From contig MNZB01000003.1 of assembly GCA_001873435.1 (NCBI GenBank), positions 70,427-134,426 on the forward strand: a stretch of DNA of 64,000 nucleotides. The letters are read 5' to 3'. This document shows, one piece after another, positions 28,402 to 38,761 of the stretch. Made by a program: the position numbers and the translations under genes. Source of the stretch: Candidatus Pacebacteria bacterium CG2_30_36_39. Lineage in GTDB: Bacteria > Patescibacteriota > Microgenomatia > UBA1400 > PJMF01. Under the pieces are notes generated by a model. It did not search any database. It was not told the origin of the DNA and was given only the letters and a program-made list of their open reading frames with translations. The first letter of the stretch is position 1. Each line of letters opens with the position of its first letter.

Positions 28402-29100
28402 TTAATTTTGAGAAAGAGGAGCCAGTGCTCTTACAGTAGTGGCATACAATCCATTTTCGTCTTGGTACCCAACAACCAAAATCTGATCTTCTTCTGTAAA
28501 TTGTTTTAATTTTACTTCTTCGCCATTTGAATCTTCAAAAGTAGTTGAGCTGGTAAATGAAATTGAGGAAATATTTTCATTAGTACGAGATTGAAAATCA
28601 AATGTATTACGATTAATTTTCTTTAGTGACCCAAGTTCTACGACATGGGTTTTTGGTTTTAATGTTTTTTCGGAGAAGAAAATCTTTTTGGGGGTTATGG
28701 CATCATCTTCCCATATGCCCATCACAATAGCCCAGTCTCCGACTGAGACATTTTCTGCTTTAATTTCTTTGTTGTTTTTTAATAAAGCAACTTTTTCATC
28801 AAATGGCACAATGCGTGTGATATCGTTGACGTTAAAAGCAAAAGTGGTTTCTGATACTCTTTCAACTTGACCGATATAGCCTCTTTTTTGAGTTGAATAG
28901 TCGCCTAGAACTGCCTCAACTTTGTCTTTGCGTTGTTCAACAATTTTCTCGATTCTTTCTTTGAGTTTTTCAGTAGCGGTTGGGGTAGTCTCAGAATTAT
29001 TTGTTTCTTCTGCGGCAACTGCTGAATGTGATGACAGGGTTAATTTTCCTATGACTAAAGTGAGGATTATGATTAAAAAATAAGAAGTTTTTTTTGTCAT
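28402..29100 (-). CDS. hypothetical secreted protein
   Basis: N-terminal signal peptide (MTKKTSYFLIIILTLVIGKLTLSSHSAVA). No domain recognised. Confidence 0.5.
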   Translation of the reverse strand: MTKKTSYFLIIILTLVIGKLTLSSHSAVAAEETNNSETTPTATEKLKERIEKIVEQRKDKVEAVLGDYSTQKRGYIGQVERVSETTFAFNVNDITRIVPFDEKVALLKNNKEIKAENVSVGDWAIVMGIWEDDAITPKKIFFSEKTLKPKTHVVELGSLKKINRNTFDFQSRTNENISSISFTSSTTFEDSNGEEVKLKQFTEEDQILVVGYQDENGLYATTVRALAPLSQN

Positions 29101-29103
29101 AAA

Positions 29104-29571
29104 CTAATTGCTTTCAGACGTATTCTCTGCTGAATCTGTGGCTTCTTCTACTAATGTTTCATCGCTAACAATAACTGTTCTTTCTAATTTTATTGAACGT
29201 CCGTTTTCATCGAGAACAACTACTGTAATTACGTTGGCTCCATCTTTTAATTCTAGTTGAATAGAGAAGTTTCCAGAGGAGTCTGACGAGGTAATATTTT
29301 CTTCATTACCAATGAATACCACTACAAAACTATCTGGCAAAGTAGTGCCAGAAACACTTATAGAACTCTCTTTTTGAATAGTTTCATTTGTTGGACTATT
29401 GAGGACTAATTCTCCAGCAAATTCTTCTTCAGTAGTATTAATAGATAGGGTATTTTGATCCTTATTACTTTTGGGAGATATACCAGTTTTAGCTTGATAT
29501 ACCCCATAGGTAATGAAAAGCCCCAAGGACAAACCGATTAAGATAGCGATAATAATTTCTTTTTTCATCAA
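29104..29571 (-). CDS. hypothetical membrane-anchored/secreted protein
   Basis: N-terminal TM/signal region, S/T-rich. No domain recognised. Confidence 0.5.
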   Translation of the reverse strand: MMKKEIIIAILIGLSLGLFITYGVYQAKTGISPKSNKDQNTLSINTTEEEFAGELVLNSPTNETIQKESSISVSGTTLPDSFVVVFIGNEENITSSDSSGNFSIQLELKDGANVITVVVLDENGRSIKLERTVIVSDETLVEEATDSAENTSESN

Positions 29572-29667
29572 TTTGCGCTTTGAGATGAGCGCTTGCCGTA
29601 TTATAAATGATTTGTCACGAATGGTATCATCAATACACTAAATACAGAAAAAGGAAGGTTTATATTT

Positions 29668-30327
29668 ATGATTATTACTTATCATGGTCACTCATGTTTT
29701 AAGCTCAAAGGTAAAGATAGCTCAGTAGTTATGGATCCATTTAGTGGAGTTGGTTTTACAATGCCCAACTTAAGTGCAGATATAGTAACAGTTTCTCATG
29801 ATCATTATGATCATAATAATGTTGCTGGAGTGTCTGGTACAGCTCGTAGAGAAAAACCATTTGTAATTAATAATTTAGGTGAATATGAAGTAGGTGGAAC
29901 TTCTGTTTTTGGCACCAGATCTTTTCATGATGACCAACAAGGAGTAGAGAAGGGTCCAAACAGAATTTTTACTGTTGTTATTGATGGAATTAGAGTTTGT
30001 CATTTGGGAGATCTTGGTCATGAACTAGATGAAGATGCAATAAATGAAATTGGTTCTATAGATGTATTGCTGGTTCCAGTGGGTGGTTTTTATACAATTA
30101 ATGCCAAACAAGCAGTGGCTGTTGCCAAAGCTTTGGAGCCAAGTTACGTAGTGCCAATGCATTACAAGACAGATGCTCATGACCAAAGTAAATTCGGTGA
30201 GCTTCAGGCAGTTGAAGATTTTATGAAAGAGTTTGGCTCAGAAAAAATTGAGAGACTAGACAAACTTAAGGTTGAAAAAGAGCGTTTGCCAGAAGAAAAA
30301 GAATTGGTAATTCTAGATCGTACCTAG
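29668..30327 (+). CDS. MBL-fold metal-dependent hydrolase (UPF0173-like)
   Basis: MIITYHGHSCF..HDHYDH metallo-beta-lactamase motif. Confidence 0.8.
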   Translation: MIITYHGHSCFKLKGKDSSVVMDPFSGVGFTMPNLSADIVTVSHDHYDHNNVAGVSGTARREKPFVINNLGEYEVGGTSVFGTRSFHDDQQGVEKGPNRIFTVVIDGIRVCHLGDLGHELDEDAINEIGSIDVLLVPVGGFYTINAKQAVAVAKALEPSYVVPMHYKTDAHDQSKFGELQAVEDFMKEFGSEKIERLDKLKVEKERLPEEKELVILDRT

Positions 30328-30389
30328 TTGTATTAATTAATATATTGTGACTAATTGACCCTGCCCATGGTTATGGTAGAGTGGCATAA

Positions 30390-31712
30390 ATGAGTACAGC
30401 AACAGCAAAACTCCCTCCCAGCGATGTCGAAGCAGAGCGCTCTGTTCTTGCTGCCATCTTAATCGATCCTGATGCCATTGTGAAAGTTGCTGAATTTCTT
30501 GAACCAGAAAGTTTTTATCAACCACAGAACCAAGTAATTTTTGAGGCCATGCGTGATCTTTATGAAAAACGTGAGCCTATTGATGTAGTGACTCTAACTT
30601 CTCAATTAAAAAAGAAAAAAGAACTTACTAGAGCTGGTGGTGCAACTGAATTAATTGAATTATCTAATATTCTTTCTACTGCTGCCAATGTAGTGAACTA
30701 TGCCAAGATTGTTCAAGAAAAATCCGTCAAAAGAAGATTGATTACTTTGAGTGGAGAAATGAGTGATTTGGCTTTTGATGAATCAAAAAATGCCAAAGAC
30801 ATTCTTGATCTTGCTGAGCAAAAGGTTTTGGCTGTTTCTCAAGCTCATTCAGCCAAAGACTTTATTCCTCTCAAAGATACGTTGGTCGAGAGTTTTGACC
30901 GTATTGATGAGTTGCAGAAAAATGGTGGTGAACTACGTGGTGTTCCAACTGGCTTCGAAGACTTGGATCGTGTTTTAGCTGGTCTTCAGCGTTCAAACTT
31001 AGTGATTTTAGCTGCTCGTCCTGGTATGGGTAAAACTGCTTTTTCTCTTAATATCGCTCAAAATGCCTCTGTTTTACATAAGAAAAAAGTCGGTGTTTTC
31101 TCTCTGGAAATGAGTAAAGAAGAGTTAGTTGATCGTTTATTAGTTTCTCAAGCTGATATTGACGCCTGGAAGCTTAAAACTGGAAGGTTAGATCAGCAAG
31201 ATTTCTTAAAACTATCCGATGCTATGGGTGTTTTGGCTGATGCTCAGATTTTTATTGATGATACTCCTGGTATGAGTATCTATGAAATGCGTACCAAGGC
31301 TCGTAAACTTACTTCAGAACATAAAATTGATTTACTTTTAGTTGACTATTTGCAGTTGGCACATGGTCGTACTAAAGACAATCGTGTTCAAGAAGTGGCT
31401 GAAATTTCCCAAGGCTTAAAGAATATTGCTCGTGAACTGCGTATTCCAGTTTTAGCTCTTTCCCAGTTGTCTCGTGCAATTGAAAGTAGAGGAGAGAAGT
31501 CTCCACAACTTTCAGATTTACGTGAGTCTGGTTCTATCGAGCAGGATGCTGACGTGGTTATGTTCTTGTATCGTAAAGATGATGATATTCGTGAGCAAGT
31601 TTCACTTAAGATTGCTAAGCATCGCAATGGTGCTTTGGGAGAAATAGAATTATTCTTCCGTGGTGATCGTGTGCGTTTTTATGGTATGGAAAAGAAGTCA
31701 GTTAACGGATAG
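30390..31712 (+). CDS. dnaB: replicative DNA helicase
   Basis: DnaB N-terminal domain (AERSVLAAILIDPDAI) and RecA-like core with Walker A (ARPGMGKT) and H4 (SQLSR) motifs. Confidence 0.9.
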   Translation: MSTATAKLPPSDVEAERSVLAAILIDPDAIVKVAEFLEPESFYQPQNQVIFEAMRDLYEKREPIDVVTLTSQLKKKKELTRAGGATELIELSNILSTAANVVNYAKIVQEKSVKRRLITLSGEMSDLAFDESKNAKDILDLAEQKVLAVSQAHSAKDFIPLKDTLVESFDRIDELQKNGGELRGVPTGFEDLDRVLAGLQRSNLVILAARPGMGKTAFSLNIAQNASVLHKKKVGVFSLEMSKEELVDRLLVSQADIDAWKLKTGRLDQQDFLKLSDAMGVLADAQIFIDDTPGMSIYEMRTKARKLTSEHKIDLLLVDYLQLAHGRTKDNRVQEVAEISQGLKNIARELRIPVLALSQLSRAIESRGEKSPQLSDLRESGSIEQDADVVMFLYRKDDDIREQVSLKIAKHRNGALGEIELFFRGDRVRFYGMEKKSVNG

Positions 31713-31716
31713 CATT

Positions 31717-31956
31717 TTAGGCTGCTGTAAAGCCAAAGAGCAAATAAATTAATCCTCCAGTTAAAACAGTGAAGAAAAAGAAAAAACCAAGATTTGATTT
31801 TAAGTCTTTGAGTGATTTTTCTGGATCTGGCTTATCCATGCTAACAATCACTACTAGGGCGATGCCAAGCCAAATTAGGCCTCTAGTTACAACTGACCAG
31901 ATGCTATCAACAGCGAATGCTTTTTGTAGAATTTCTTGTAATAATTCCATCATCAC
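31717..31956 (-). CDS. hypothetical small membrane protein
   Basis: 79 aa with two hydrophobic helices. Weak evidence. Confidence 0.35.
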   Translation of the reverse strand: MMMELLQEILQKAFAVDSIWSVVTRGLIWLGIALVVIVSMDKPDPEKSLKDLKSNLGFFFFFTVLTGGLIYLLFGFTAA

Positions 31957-32027
31957 TACTATGCAGAGATTTTGTTAAAAAAGCAAGTTAAAGTTAAAAA
32001 AAATGGTATAATTGCTTTTTCGAGTAA

Positions 32028-32112
32028 GCCGAGGTGGCGGAATTGGTAGACGCGTGGGTCTCAAAAACCCATGAAGGCAACTTCGTGAGGGTTCGATTCC
32101 CTCCCCCGGCAC
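32028..32112 (+). tRNA. tRNA-Leu (anticodon CAA), type II with long variable arm
   Basis: GCCGAGGTGGCGGAATTGGTAGAC...GAAG-GCAA-CTTC variable hairpin ... GAGGG-TTCGATT-CCCTC. The anticodon loop contains CUCAAAA. In my hand fold the anticodon arm and acceptor pair 5:68 are not fully canonical. Confidence 0.7.
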
Positions 32113-32156
32113 AAACTAGCACCCAAGGATGGGTGCTTTTTTTAAGCAAAATATTT

Positions 32157-32675
32157 TTATTTTAAGAAAAATATCACTGTCCAAAGAATTAGCTGAGGAA
32201 CTATGCCTATAAAAGAGGGGATAGAGTGGTGAAATTTCTCATGAAACTTATTAGTAGGATTTAAAACTTTTGGTTCCCAATGCAAAAAATTTTTTGGTGC
32301 CTCTAAGAAATCAGGTAATAAACCAACAAAAGCTCCTAACCAAATATGAAAATTAGCTAGAGCAGGGGAGCCCCAAAAAAATTTAATCGCTAGAAAAGCA
32401 ATTCCTAGGTCAATTATTCCCATAAAAATGGCTGCCAATCTAGTACGTTTACCTGTCGAGAGACCAGTGCCTACGTCCCAATGGGGAATCCAATCTTCTA
32501 AATAGTGACTAGCTAAAGCAAGAGGTCCATATAAAATTGGACTAGGTAATTGAGCGGCAATAAAAGCTCCTGTTAATCCATGCGAGAGTGAAAGCATGTT
32601 CGTATTATAATGTGGAATAGATATGTGGCCTACCATAAGTTTTTTTGGACTATTTAGTATTTCCAGTTCAGCCAT
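32157..32675 (-). CDS. hypothetical multi-pass membrane protein
   Basis: 172 aa, 4-5 hydrophobic helices, His-rich loops. Confidence 0.5.
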   Translation of the reverse strand: MAELEILNSPKKLMVGHISIPHYNTNMLSLSHGLTGAFIAAQLPSPILYGPLALASHYLEDWIPHWDVGTGLSTGKRTRLAAIFMGIIDLGIAFLAIKFFWGSPALANFHIWLGAFVGLLPDFLEAPKNFLHWEPKVLNPTNKFHEKFHHSIPSFIGIVPQLILWTVIFFLK

Positions 32676-33459
32676 TACAACAGTAATGGGTTTTTTGTTG
32701 GCTGGTTTTGTATTCTGGAGAAGAGGTAAAGAAGAACATTATTCAGAGATTCAACTAATGGATGGTTTTTTACTTTCATTTTTAGTTGGAGTTTTGGGAG
32801 CTCGTATTGGTTTTGTTATTTTTCAATGGGAGAGATTTGGACTTCATCCATTTGCTTGGCTTGATTTCTTTGGTCGTCCAGGATTACAAGGAGTCTTTTT
32901 CTTAGTTTTTGCAACCTCATTTTTAAAATCATTTGCCAAAAAAAAGAAATGGGATGTTTATGAAGTTTTAGATTTTTGGAGCTTATCTTTGGTAGCTTGG
33001 ACAGCGATGACTAGTTTTGGTCAGTTTTTAACTGGTATTGGAGCAGGTAAATTTACTGATAGTAGTTTGGGAGTGGTACTTGCAGGGTCGATTCAAAAAA
33101 CTCATCCAGTCCAATTATATTCAGTGGTTTTATTGTCTTTGCTTTATTGGTATCTGAGTTGGTCAGAAAGTCGCTATAGAACATTTGAGTGGTATCGTTT
33201 GGGTAAGAAAGCAGCACAAACTGGTTTTATGCTAAGCAATTTCTGGATATTTTATGCTTTAATCTCCGCTTTTCTTCTATTCTTTAGATTGCCGGAATTT
33301 ATTTTATTTGGTCGAGCTTTTGATGGTTGGATCTATGGTTTCATGCTATTGGTTGGAGTAAGAACTTTGCTTGGAAGGTCAGATAAACCACTTTTGCCAG
33401 AATCTTTTAAAGCCAAGTTTTCTTTTAGAAGAAAAAAAATTGATGAACAAGAGATCTAA
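32623..33459 (+). CDS. lgt: prolipoprotein diacylglyceryl transferase
   Basis: The Lgt signature region (LGARIGFVIFQWERF, HPVQLYSVV) aligns with E. coli Lgt. Multi-TM. Confidence 0.75.
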   Translation: MWPTISFFGLFSISSSAITTVMGFLLAGFVFWRRGKEEHYSEIQLMDGFLLSFLVGVLGARIGFVIFQWERFGLHPFAWLDFFGRPGLQGVFFLVFATSFLKSFAKKKKWDVYEVLDFWSLSLVAWTAMTSFGQFLTGIGAGKFTDSSLGVVLAGSIQKTHPVQLYSVVLLSLLYWYLSWSESRYRTFEWYRLGKKAAQTGFMLSNFWIFYALISAFLLFFRLPEFILFGRAFDGWIYGFMLLVGVRTLLGRSDKPLLPESFKAKFSFRRKKIDEQEI

Positions 33460-33859
33460 TTATATTTCTAGTTGGATGAGAGTTATTTTTTTGCTTCTCA
33501 TTGACCAGCTTTCTAAACACTATTTTTTTTCTAACAACTTAAATACTGGGATTAGCTTTGGTTGGTTAATTAATTTTTCTTTAGTATTTTGGTTAGTAAT
33601 AACTGCTTTTGTTTTTATCTTGATTTGGTTGATTAAAACACCAAGCAAAACTACTTATGGTCAGTGGGCAAGAGAATTGTTTATTGCTGGAGCAGTTTCT
33701 AATTTAATTGATCGTTTTTTATTTGCTGGAGTAAGAGATTGGTTACAACTTCCATTTTGGTCAGTTAGCAACAATCTAGCTGATATCTGGATTAGTTTGG
33801 GAGTTTTAGGCATAATAGCAGAAGAAAGTTTTAGTGCAAGAAAACATCAAACAAAATAA
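33443..33859 (+). CDS. lspA: lipoprotein signal peptidase (signal peptidase II)
   Basis: LspA conserved blocks (LIDQLSKHY, NTGISFGW, NLIDRFLFAGVRDW). The start at MNKRS overlaps the lgt stop by 17 nt. The ORF track start is 33371. Confidence 0.75.
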   Translation: MNKRSNYISSWMRVIFLLLIDQLSKHYFFSNNLNTGISFGWLINFSLVFWLVITAFVFILIWLIKTPSKTTYGQWARELFIAGAVSNLIDRFLFAGVRDWLQLPFWSVSNNLADIWISLGVLGIIAEESFSARKHQTK

Positions 33860-34703
33860 TCAAGAAATTGAATTGCAAATTCCCATTCTTTTTGAAGACG
33901 ATGATATCGTGGTGATTAATAAGCCAGGAAATATTGTAACTAATGCAGCAGCTTCAGTAAAAGAACCAGCCCTTCAAGATTGGTTCCAAAAATACAATAA
34001 AAATGCTTGGCCAACAAATTGGGCTAGCTGTTTACCAGATGAATTTTCTGATGAATACGGAACTCCAGAAGAAATTTATGCCGAAAGAAAAGGCATGGTT
34101 CATCGTTTAGATAAAAATACCAGCGGTGTAATGGTTTTTGCCAAACATCCTGGCAGTTTAATAAATTTATTGACTCAATTTCGTGAAAGAAAAACACATA
34201 AAGAATATCTAGCTTTAGTCCATGGAGTATTTAGAGTTCCTCACGCCATTATTAACGCCCCTTTAGCTAGAGCTAGAGTGGATCGTAGGAAATTTGCTGT
34301 AGACATTATGGGTAGGCCGGCAGAAACAGAATATCAGGTAGAAAAAGAATTTATGGGTTTTGTCACTGAAAAAGTAACTGAATTGTCACCTGAGCTCCAA
34401 AAAGAACTTAAACAAGCAATGAGGTTATATAACCAGGGTTTTGCTTTGGTTAGATGTTGGCCAAGAACTGGTCGTACCCATCAAATTAGAGTTCATCTTG
34501 CTCATGAACAACACCCATTGGCGGGCGATGTAACTTATGTGGGCAAAAAAAGAGCTAAATTCGATTCAAAATGGTGTGAACGCCAATTTTTGCATGCAGT
34601 TTCCCTAGAGTTTTTACATCCTAGGACAAATGAGCAGCTAAGATTTGAAGCTCCACTCCCAGTAGATTTACAAAAAACACTAGATTTATTAAAAATAAGA
34701 TAA
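33834..34703 (+). CDS. RluA-family pseudouridine synthase
   Basis: Catalytic HRLDKNTSGVMVFAK motif. Confidence 0.85.
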   Translation: MQENIKQNNQEIELQIPILFEDDDIVVINKPGNIVTNAAASVKEPALQDWFQKYNKNAWPTNWASCLPDEFSDEYGTPEEIYAERKGMVHRLDKNTSGVMVFAKHPGSLINLLTQFRERKTHKEYLALVHGVFRVPHAIINAPLARARVDRRKFAVDIMGRPAETEYQVEKEFMGFVTEKVTELSPELQKELKQAMRLYNQGFALVRCWPRTGRTHQIRVHLAHEQHPLAGDVTYVGKKRAKFDSKWCERQFLHAVSLEFLHPRTNEQLRFEAPLPVDLQKTLDLLKIR

Positions 34704-34716
34704 TAGAAAGCTAATT

Positions 34717-35364
34717 ATGTTTGGTGATATATCTTCAGCTACTAAAATTGATGAGATCAAATTTAAGAATATTGCTTTTCCCAATGATCCAATTCACTAT
34801 ATTGCTCCTACTTATGATGATATGAATCACATTACTTTTCTTTTGGCCAAACAAATGAGAGCCAATGGGATAACTGCAGATAGAATTGTGACTTTGGCTA
34901 AAGGTGGCTGGCCAATGACTAGATCATTGGTTGATTTTACTAAAATTAAGGAAGTGGCAAGCATTGGAGTAAAGTTTTATCAAAAACTTAATCAGCGCTA
35001 TGAAGTACCTAAGATTTATCAAGACTTACCAGTTTCAGTCAAAGGAGAAAGTGTTATTTTATTTGATGATGTGGCAGACACTGGTAAATCATTAGTTTAT
35101 GTCAAAGACTATTTACTTAAGGCCGGTGTTAAACAAGTAACTACTGTTACTTTATTTTATAAGTCTCATTCAGTAATTAAGCCAGATTTTTATGGTCCAA
35201 CTACTGCTGCTTGGATAGTGTTTCCCTATGAATCTAGAGAGTCATTCTCCTTTTTTCAACGTAAATGGACAAAGGAAGGCTTATCTAATGAAGAAATTGA
35301 CTCTCGCATGAAACAATTTGGAGCAAGACAAGCTTGGCTGGATGAATATCGACTTTTCAGTTAG
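34717..35364 (+). CDS. type I phosphoribosyltransferase (purine PRTase-like)
   Basis: PRPP-binding motif VILFDDVADTGKSL. Confidence 0.6.
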   Translation: MFGDISSATKIDEIKFKNIAFPNDPIHYIAPTYDDMNHITFLLAKQMRANGITADRIVTLAKGGWPMTRSLVDFTKIKEVASIGVKFYQKLNQRYEVPKIYQDLPVSVKGESVILFDDVADTGKSLVYVKDYLLKAGVKQVTTVTLFYKSHSVIKPDFYGPTTAAWIVFPYESRESFSFFQRKWTKEGLSNEEIDSRMKQFGARQAWLDEYRLFS

Positions 35365-35494
35365 AATAGCCAAATCATGATTAAATCTCGCTTCTTTTTT
35401 CTATCCAGTCTTTCCACTTCCTAATCGCTGAAAATGCGTTAGAGTAGAAGTAGAAAGGTCCTCCATTGGATCTAGTAAAAAAGGAATTGTTTTC

Positions 35495-36814
35495 ATGAAA
35501 AAAGACCAAATTTTTTCCTTAATTAATAAAGAATGCGTACGCCAAAAATCAATGATTGGTTTGATTCCCTCTGAGAATCATATTTCTCCAGAAGTTTCTG
35601 AAGTTTTATCTAGTTGTTTATCTAGTAAGTATGCAGAAGGATATCCTCATCGTCGATACTATGAAGGTAATCAAATCATCGATGAAATTGAGATTTTAGC
35701 CCAAGATAGAATTAAAAAACTATTTGGAGTTCCACATGTTAATGTTCAGCCATATTCTGGTTCTCCAGCAAATGGAGCAGTAGAGTTTGCCTTATTAGAA
35801 CCAGGAGATACCTTACTTGGCTTGGCTTTATCAGGAGGTGGGCATTTAACTCATGGTCATCCCAAAGTTACTTTTTCAGGTAAATATTTTAATTCAATCC
35901 AATATGGTTTGAACGATCGAGCTCGTATTGATTTTGAACAAGTTAGAGAATTGGCTTTAAAACACAAACCAAAGCTAATTATTGCAGGTAATACTGCTTA
36001 TCCTTTTGAATTGGATTTTGCTAAGTTTAGAGAAATTGCAGATGAAGTAGGCGCTTGGTTATTAGCTGATATTTCTCATGTTACTGGGTTGGTTGTAGCC
36101 GGAGAGCATATGTCTCCAGTGCCGTATGCTGATGTAATTATGTCAACGACTCATAAAACCTTTAGAGGTCCTAGAGGTGCGATGATTTTGGTTACCCAGC
36201 GTGGTTTGGATCGAGATCCAGATCTGGGCAGTAAAATTGATAAAGCTGTTTTTCCAGCTTTACAAGGAGGTCCGCATAACGCCACAACAGCAGCAATAGC
36301 TATTGCTGCTAGTGAAGCAGCTACTCCAGAATTCAAGAAATATGGTCAACAAATTCGTAAAAATGCTGATGTTCTGGCCAGCGCTTTAAAAAAACAAGGT
36401 TTAAAACTTGTTGGTGATGGTACAGAAACTCATCTAATGTTATTAGATCTAACTAATTATAGTGATGGAATGGGACTGCAAGTGGCTTTTGCTTTAGATG
36501 TGGCTGGTATCTATGCGAATAGAAATACTATTCCACATGAACCATGTTCACCATTTTATCCATCAGGAGTTAGGTTGGGTACGCCATTGGTAACTAGTCG
36601 AGGTATGAAGGAAAAAGAGATGGAGCAAATTGCTCAATGGATAGCTAGAGTGGTTGAAGAGGTAAAAACAGAGGTTTTGCCAAGTGATAAAAAAGAACGA
36701 GCCACTTTTATTAAAGATTTCAGAACTAGAGCTTTGAAAAATGAGCAGTTGCTGGCAATCCGCAGTGAAGTTGAAGATTTGGCAAAGAAGTTTCCATTAT
36801 TTACTTGGGATTAA
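35495..36814 (+). CDS. glyA: serine hydroxymethyltransferase
   Basis: PLP-lysine motif TTHKTFRGPRG and a conserved SHMT N-terminus. Confidence 0.9.
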   Translation: MKKDQIFSLINKECVRQKSMIGLIPSENHISPEVSEVLSSCLSSKYAEGYPHRRYYEGNQIIDEIEILAQDRIKKLFGVPHVNVQPYSGSPANGAVEFALLEPGDTLLGLALSGGGHLTHGHPKVTFSGKYFNSIQYGLNDRARIDFEQVRELALKHKPKLIIAGNTAYPFELDFAKFREIADEVGAWLLADISHVTGLVVAGEHMSPVPYADVIMSTTHKTFRGPRGAMILVTQRGLDRDPDLGSKIDKAVFPALQGGPHNATTAAIAIAASEAATPEFKKYGQQIRKNADVLASALKKQGLKLVGDGTETHLMLLDLTNYSDGMGLQVAFALDVAGIYANRNTIPHEPCSPFYPSGVRLGTPLVTSRGMKEKEMEQIAQWIARVVEEVKTEVLPSDKKERATFIKDFRTRALKNEQLLAIRSEVEDLAKKFPLFTWD

Positions 36815-36827
36815 AGGATAAGGAGTT

Positions 36828-37682
36828 ATGCAAACACGAAGAATAGGTGCCCATTTGTCTACTGCTGGAGGAGTGGAAAAGGCTATAGAAAGAGCTCATG
36901 CTATTGGCGCCAATGCTCTTCAGGTTTTTTCGGGAAGTCCTCGGATGTGGCAACGCACTCCATTGGATAGAGTTGATGCCAAAAAAATATCCTCAAATCA
37001 AGAAAAATATGATGTTAAACCAATCTTTACTCATGCATTATATTTAGTTAACTTGGCTTCAGACAACCCAGAGCTAGTTGATAAATCTCTCAAAGCTTTA
37101 AAGCATGATCTAGAATTTGATGCTCATATTAATGGGGCTGGGGTAGTAGTCCACTTGGGAAGTCATCAGGGCAGAGGCTTTGAGGCTGTTAAATTTGATT
37201 TGGTTAAACATATAGCTACAGTATTAGACCAAACTCCGGTAAACTCTCATTTTTTAATAGAAAATTCAGCTGGTCAAAATGGCAAGATAGCTAGTGATTT
37301 AACAGAAATTAGATGGCTTCTAGATCAAGTGAAAGGTGGAGAAAGATTGGGCTGGTGCTTTGATACTTGTCATGGTTTTGCTGCTGGCTTGAGTTTAAAT
37401 AGTCAAAAGAATGGAGCTTTAGATCAGCTGGAAAATCTAGATTTATTTGATTCTTTAAGGTGTTTACATGTTAATGATAGTAGAGATGAATTCGATACTG
37501 GCCGTGATCGCCATGCAAATATTGGTGAAGGTAATATTCCAACAACTGATTTGCAACTTTTTTTAAATGATCAAAGACTAATAAATATCCCAATGATTAC
37601 CGAAGCCCCAGGATTTGATGGTAATGGTCCTGATGAGGAGAATATTTCTAGACTTAAAAAAATTACGAGTGAAAATAAATAA
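36828..37682 (+). CDS. nfo: endonuclease IV (AP endonuclease family 2)
   Basis: IGAHLSTAGG... TIM-barrel Nfo signature and His/Asp/Glu metal ligands. Confidence 0.9.
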   Translation: MQTRRIGAHLSTAGGVEKAIERAHAIGANALQVFSGSPRMWQRTPLDRVDAKKISSNQEKYDVKPIFTHALYLVNLASDNPELVDKSLKALKHDLEFDAHINGAGVVVHLGSHQGRGFEAVKFDLVKHIATVLDQTPVNSHFLIENSAGQNGKIASDLTEIRWLLDQVKGGERLGWCFDTCHGFAAGLSLNSQKNGALDQLENLDLFDSLRCLHVNDSRDEFDTGRDRHANIGEGNIPTTDLQLFLNDQRLINIPMITEAPGFDGNGPDEENISRLKKITSENK

Positions 37683-37714
37683 CACTCAAACCAAGTAGGT
37701 GCTAAAATATATCG

Positions 37715-38626
37715 ATGCAAACGCAAATTTTAGATGGTTATAAACTAGCTGAACAGTTTCAAAAACAACTTAAAGTAGAAGTTGATGCTTTATCGGAACA
37801 GGGTATAAAGCCAACTGTGGCAGCAATTCTTTTTCGAGAAGATACTGGTAGCCAGCTTTACACTCAGTTAAAAAAAGAAATGGCTTTAAGCTTGGGTATC
37901 GAGTATAGAGTTTTTGAATTTTCAGTTTTAGATAAGATTGAAAATGTTCTGGCCAAAATTAAAGAATTAAATCAGCAAATAGAGATTACTGGCATCATTA
38001 TTCAAAAACCATGGCGTAAGACATGGGTTGATGCCCATGATTCAGAAATAAATAAAGAGGCATTTAATTCTTGGTGGGAAGAGTTAGTGGTAACCATAGC
38101 AATTGAAAAAGACATTGATGGATTGCATCCCAGTAATTTGTTGGCCATTCAACAAGGCGAGTGGAGAGAAAAAGGTCGAGTTTTACCAGCAACTTGCCAG
38201 GCAGTACTAAGATTGTTGGAGTTGGCTTTTCAAACTGATCATTTATTTTCTAAATTACGAACAGAGCAACTTAAGACAATTATTATTGGTAAGTCAGATT
38301 TATTAGGACAACCACTGCATGCTGTAATGACCTCTAAAAATTGTATGGTAGAAATGATTGGTTCTAAGGAATTAAGTAAGAGAATTGAGGATAAAGTATT
38401 TCTTAAAGATGCTGATGTTGTAGTAACTGCAACAGGCAAATACCATTTGATAAATGGCAGTTTTTTGAAAACTGGAACGGTGGTAATAGATGTTGGTGAA
38501 CCAAGGGGTGATGCAGATCAAGCCTCAGTAATGGGAATAGCAGCTGCTCTTAGCCCAGTCCCAGGCGGAGTAGGTCCTATGACGGTGATAAGTTTAATGG
38601 AAAATACTATTGAATTATTAAAATAA
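37715..38626 (+). CDS. folD: bifunctional methylenetetrahydrofolate dehydrogenase/cyclohydrolase
   Basis: FolD N-terminus (ILDGYKLAEQ), substrate Lys region, C-terminal PVPGGVGPMTV. Confidence 0.9.
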   Translation: MQTQILDGYKLAEQFQKQLKVEVDALSEQGIKPTVAAILFREDTGSQLYTQLKKEMALSLGIEYRVFEFSVLDKIENVLAKIKELNQQIEITGIIIQKPWRKTWVDAHDSEINKEAFNSWWEELVVTIAIEKDIDGLHPSNLLAIQQGEWREKGRVLPATCQAVLRLLELAFQTDHLFSKLRTEQLKTIIIGKSDLLGQPLHAVMTSKNCMVEMIGSKELSKRIEDKVFLKDADVVVTATGKYHLINGSFLKTGTVVIDVGEPRGDADQASVMGIAAALSPVPGGVGPMTVISLMENTIELLK

Positions 38627-38657
38627 ATATATTTGTTTTGTTTATCTCGAGTACTAT

Positions 38658-38666
38658 GATATAATT
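38658..38666 (+). promoter_or_regulatory. extended -10 element TGATATAAT upstream of rpsB
   Basis: Perfect TGnTATAAT about 95 nt upstream of the S2 start. Confidence 0.45.
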
Positions 38667-38672
38667 CCCGCT

Positions 38673-38761
38673 AGTAAAAAAATTGCCCCGAGTCGCCTTT
38701 AAAAGTCCTGACTACGGTGATAGGGGAGAACCGAACAAATGTTCGGAGAATAAGGACAAAT
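38673..38761 (+). promoter_or_regulatory. structured rpsB 5'UTR (candidate S2 autoregulatory leader)
   Basis: About 90-nt leader containing a CCGAACA-AAT-GTTCGG hairpin and G-rich segments before the SD (AAGGA). Confidence 0.3.
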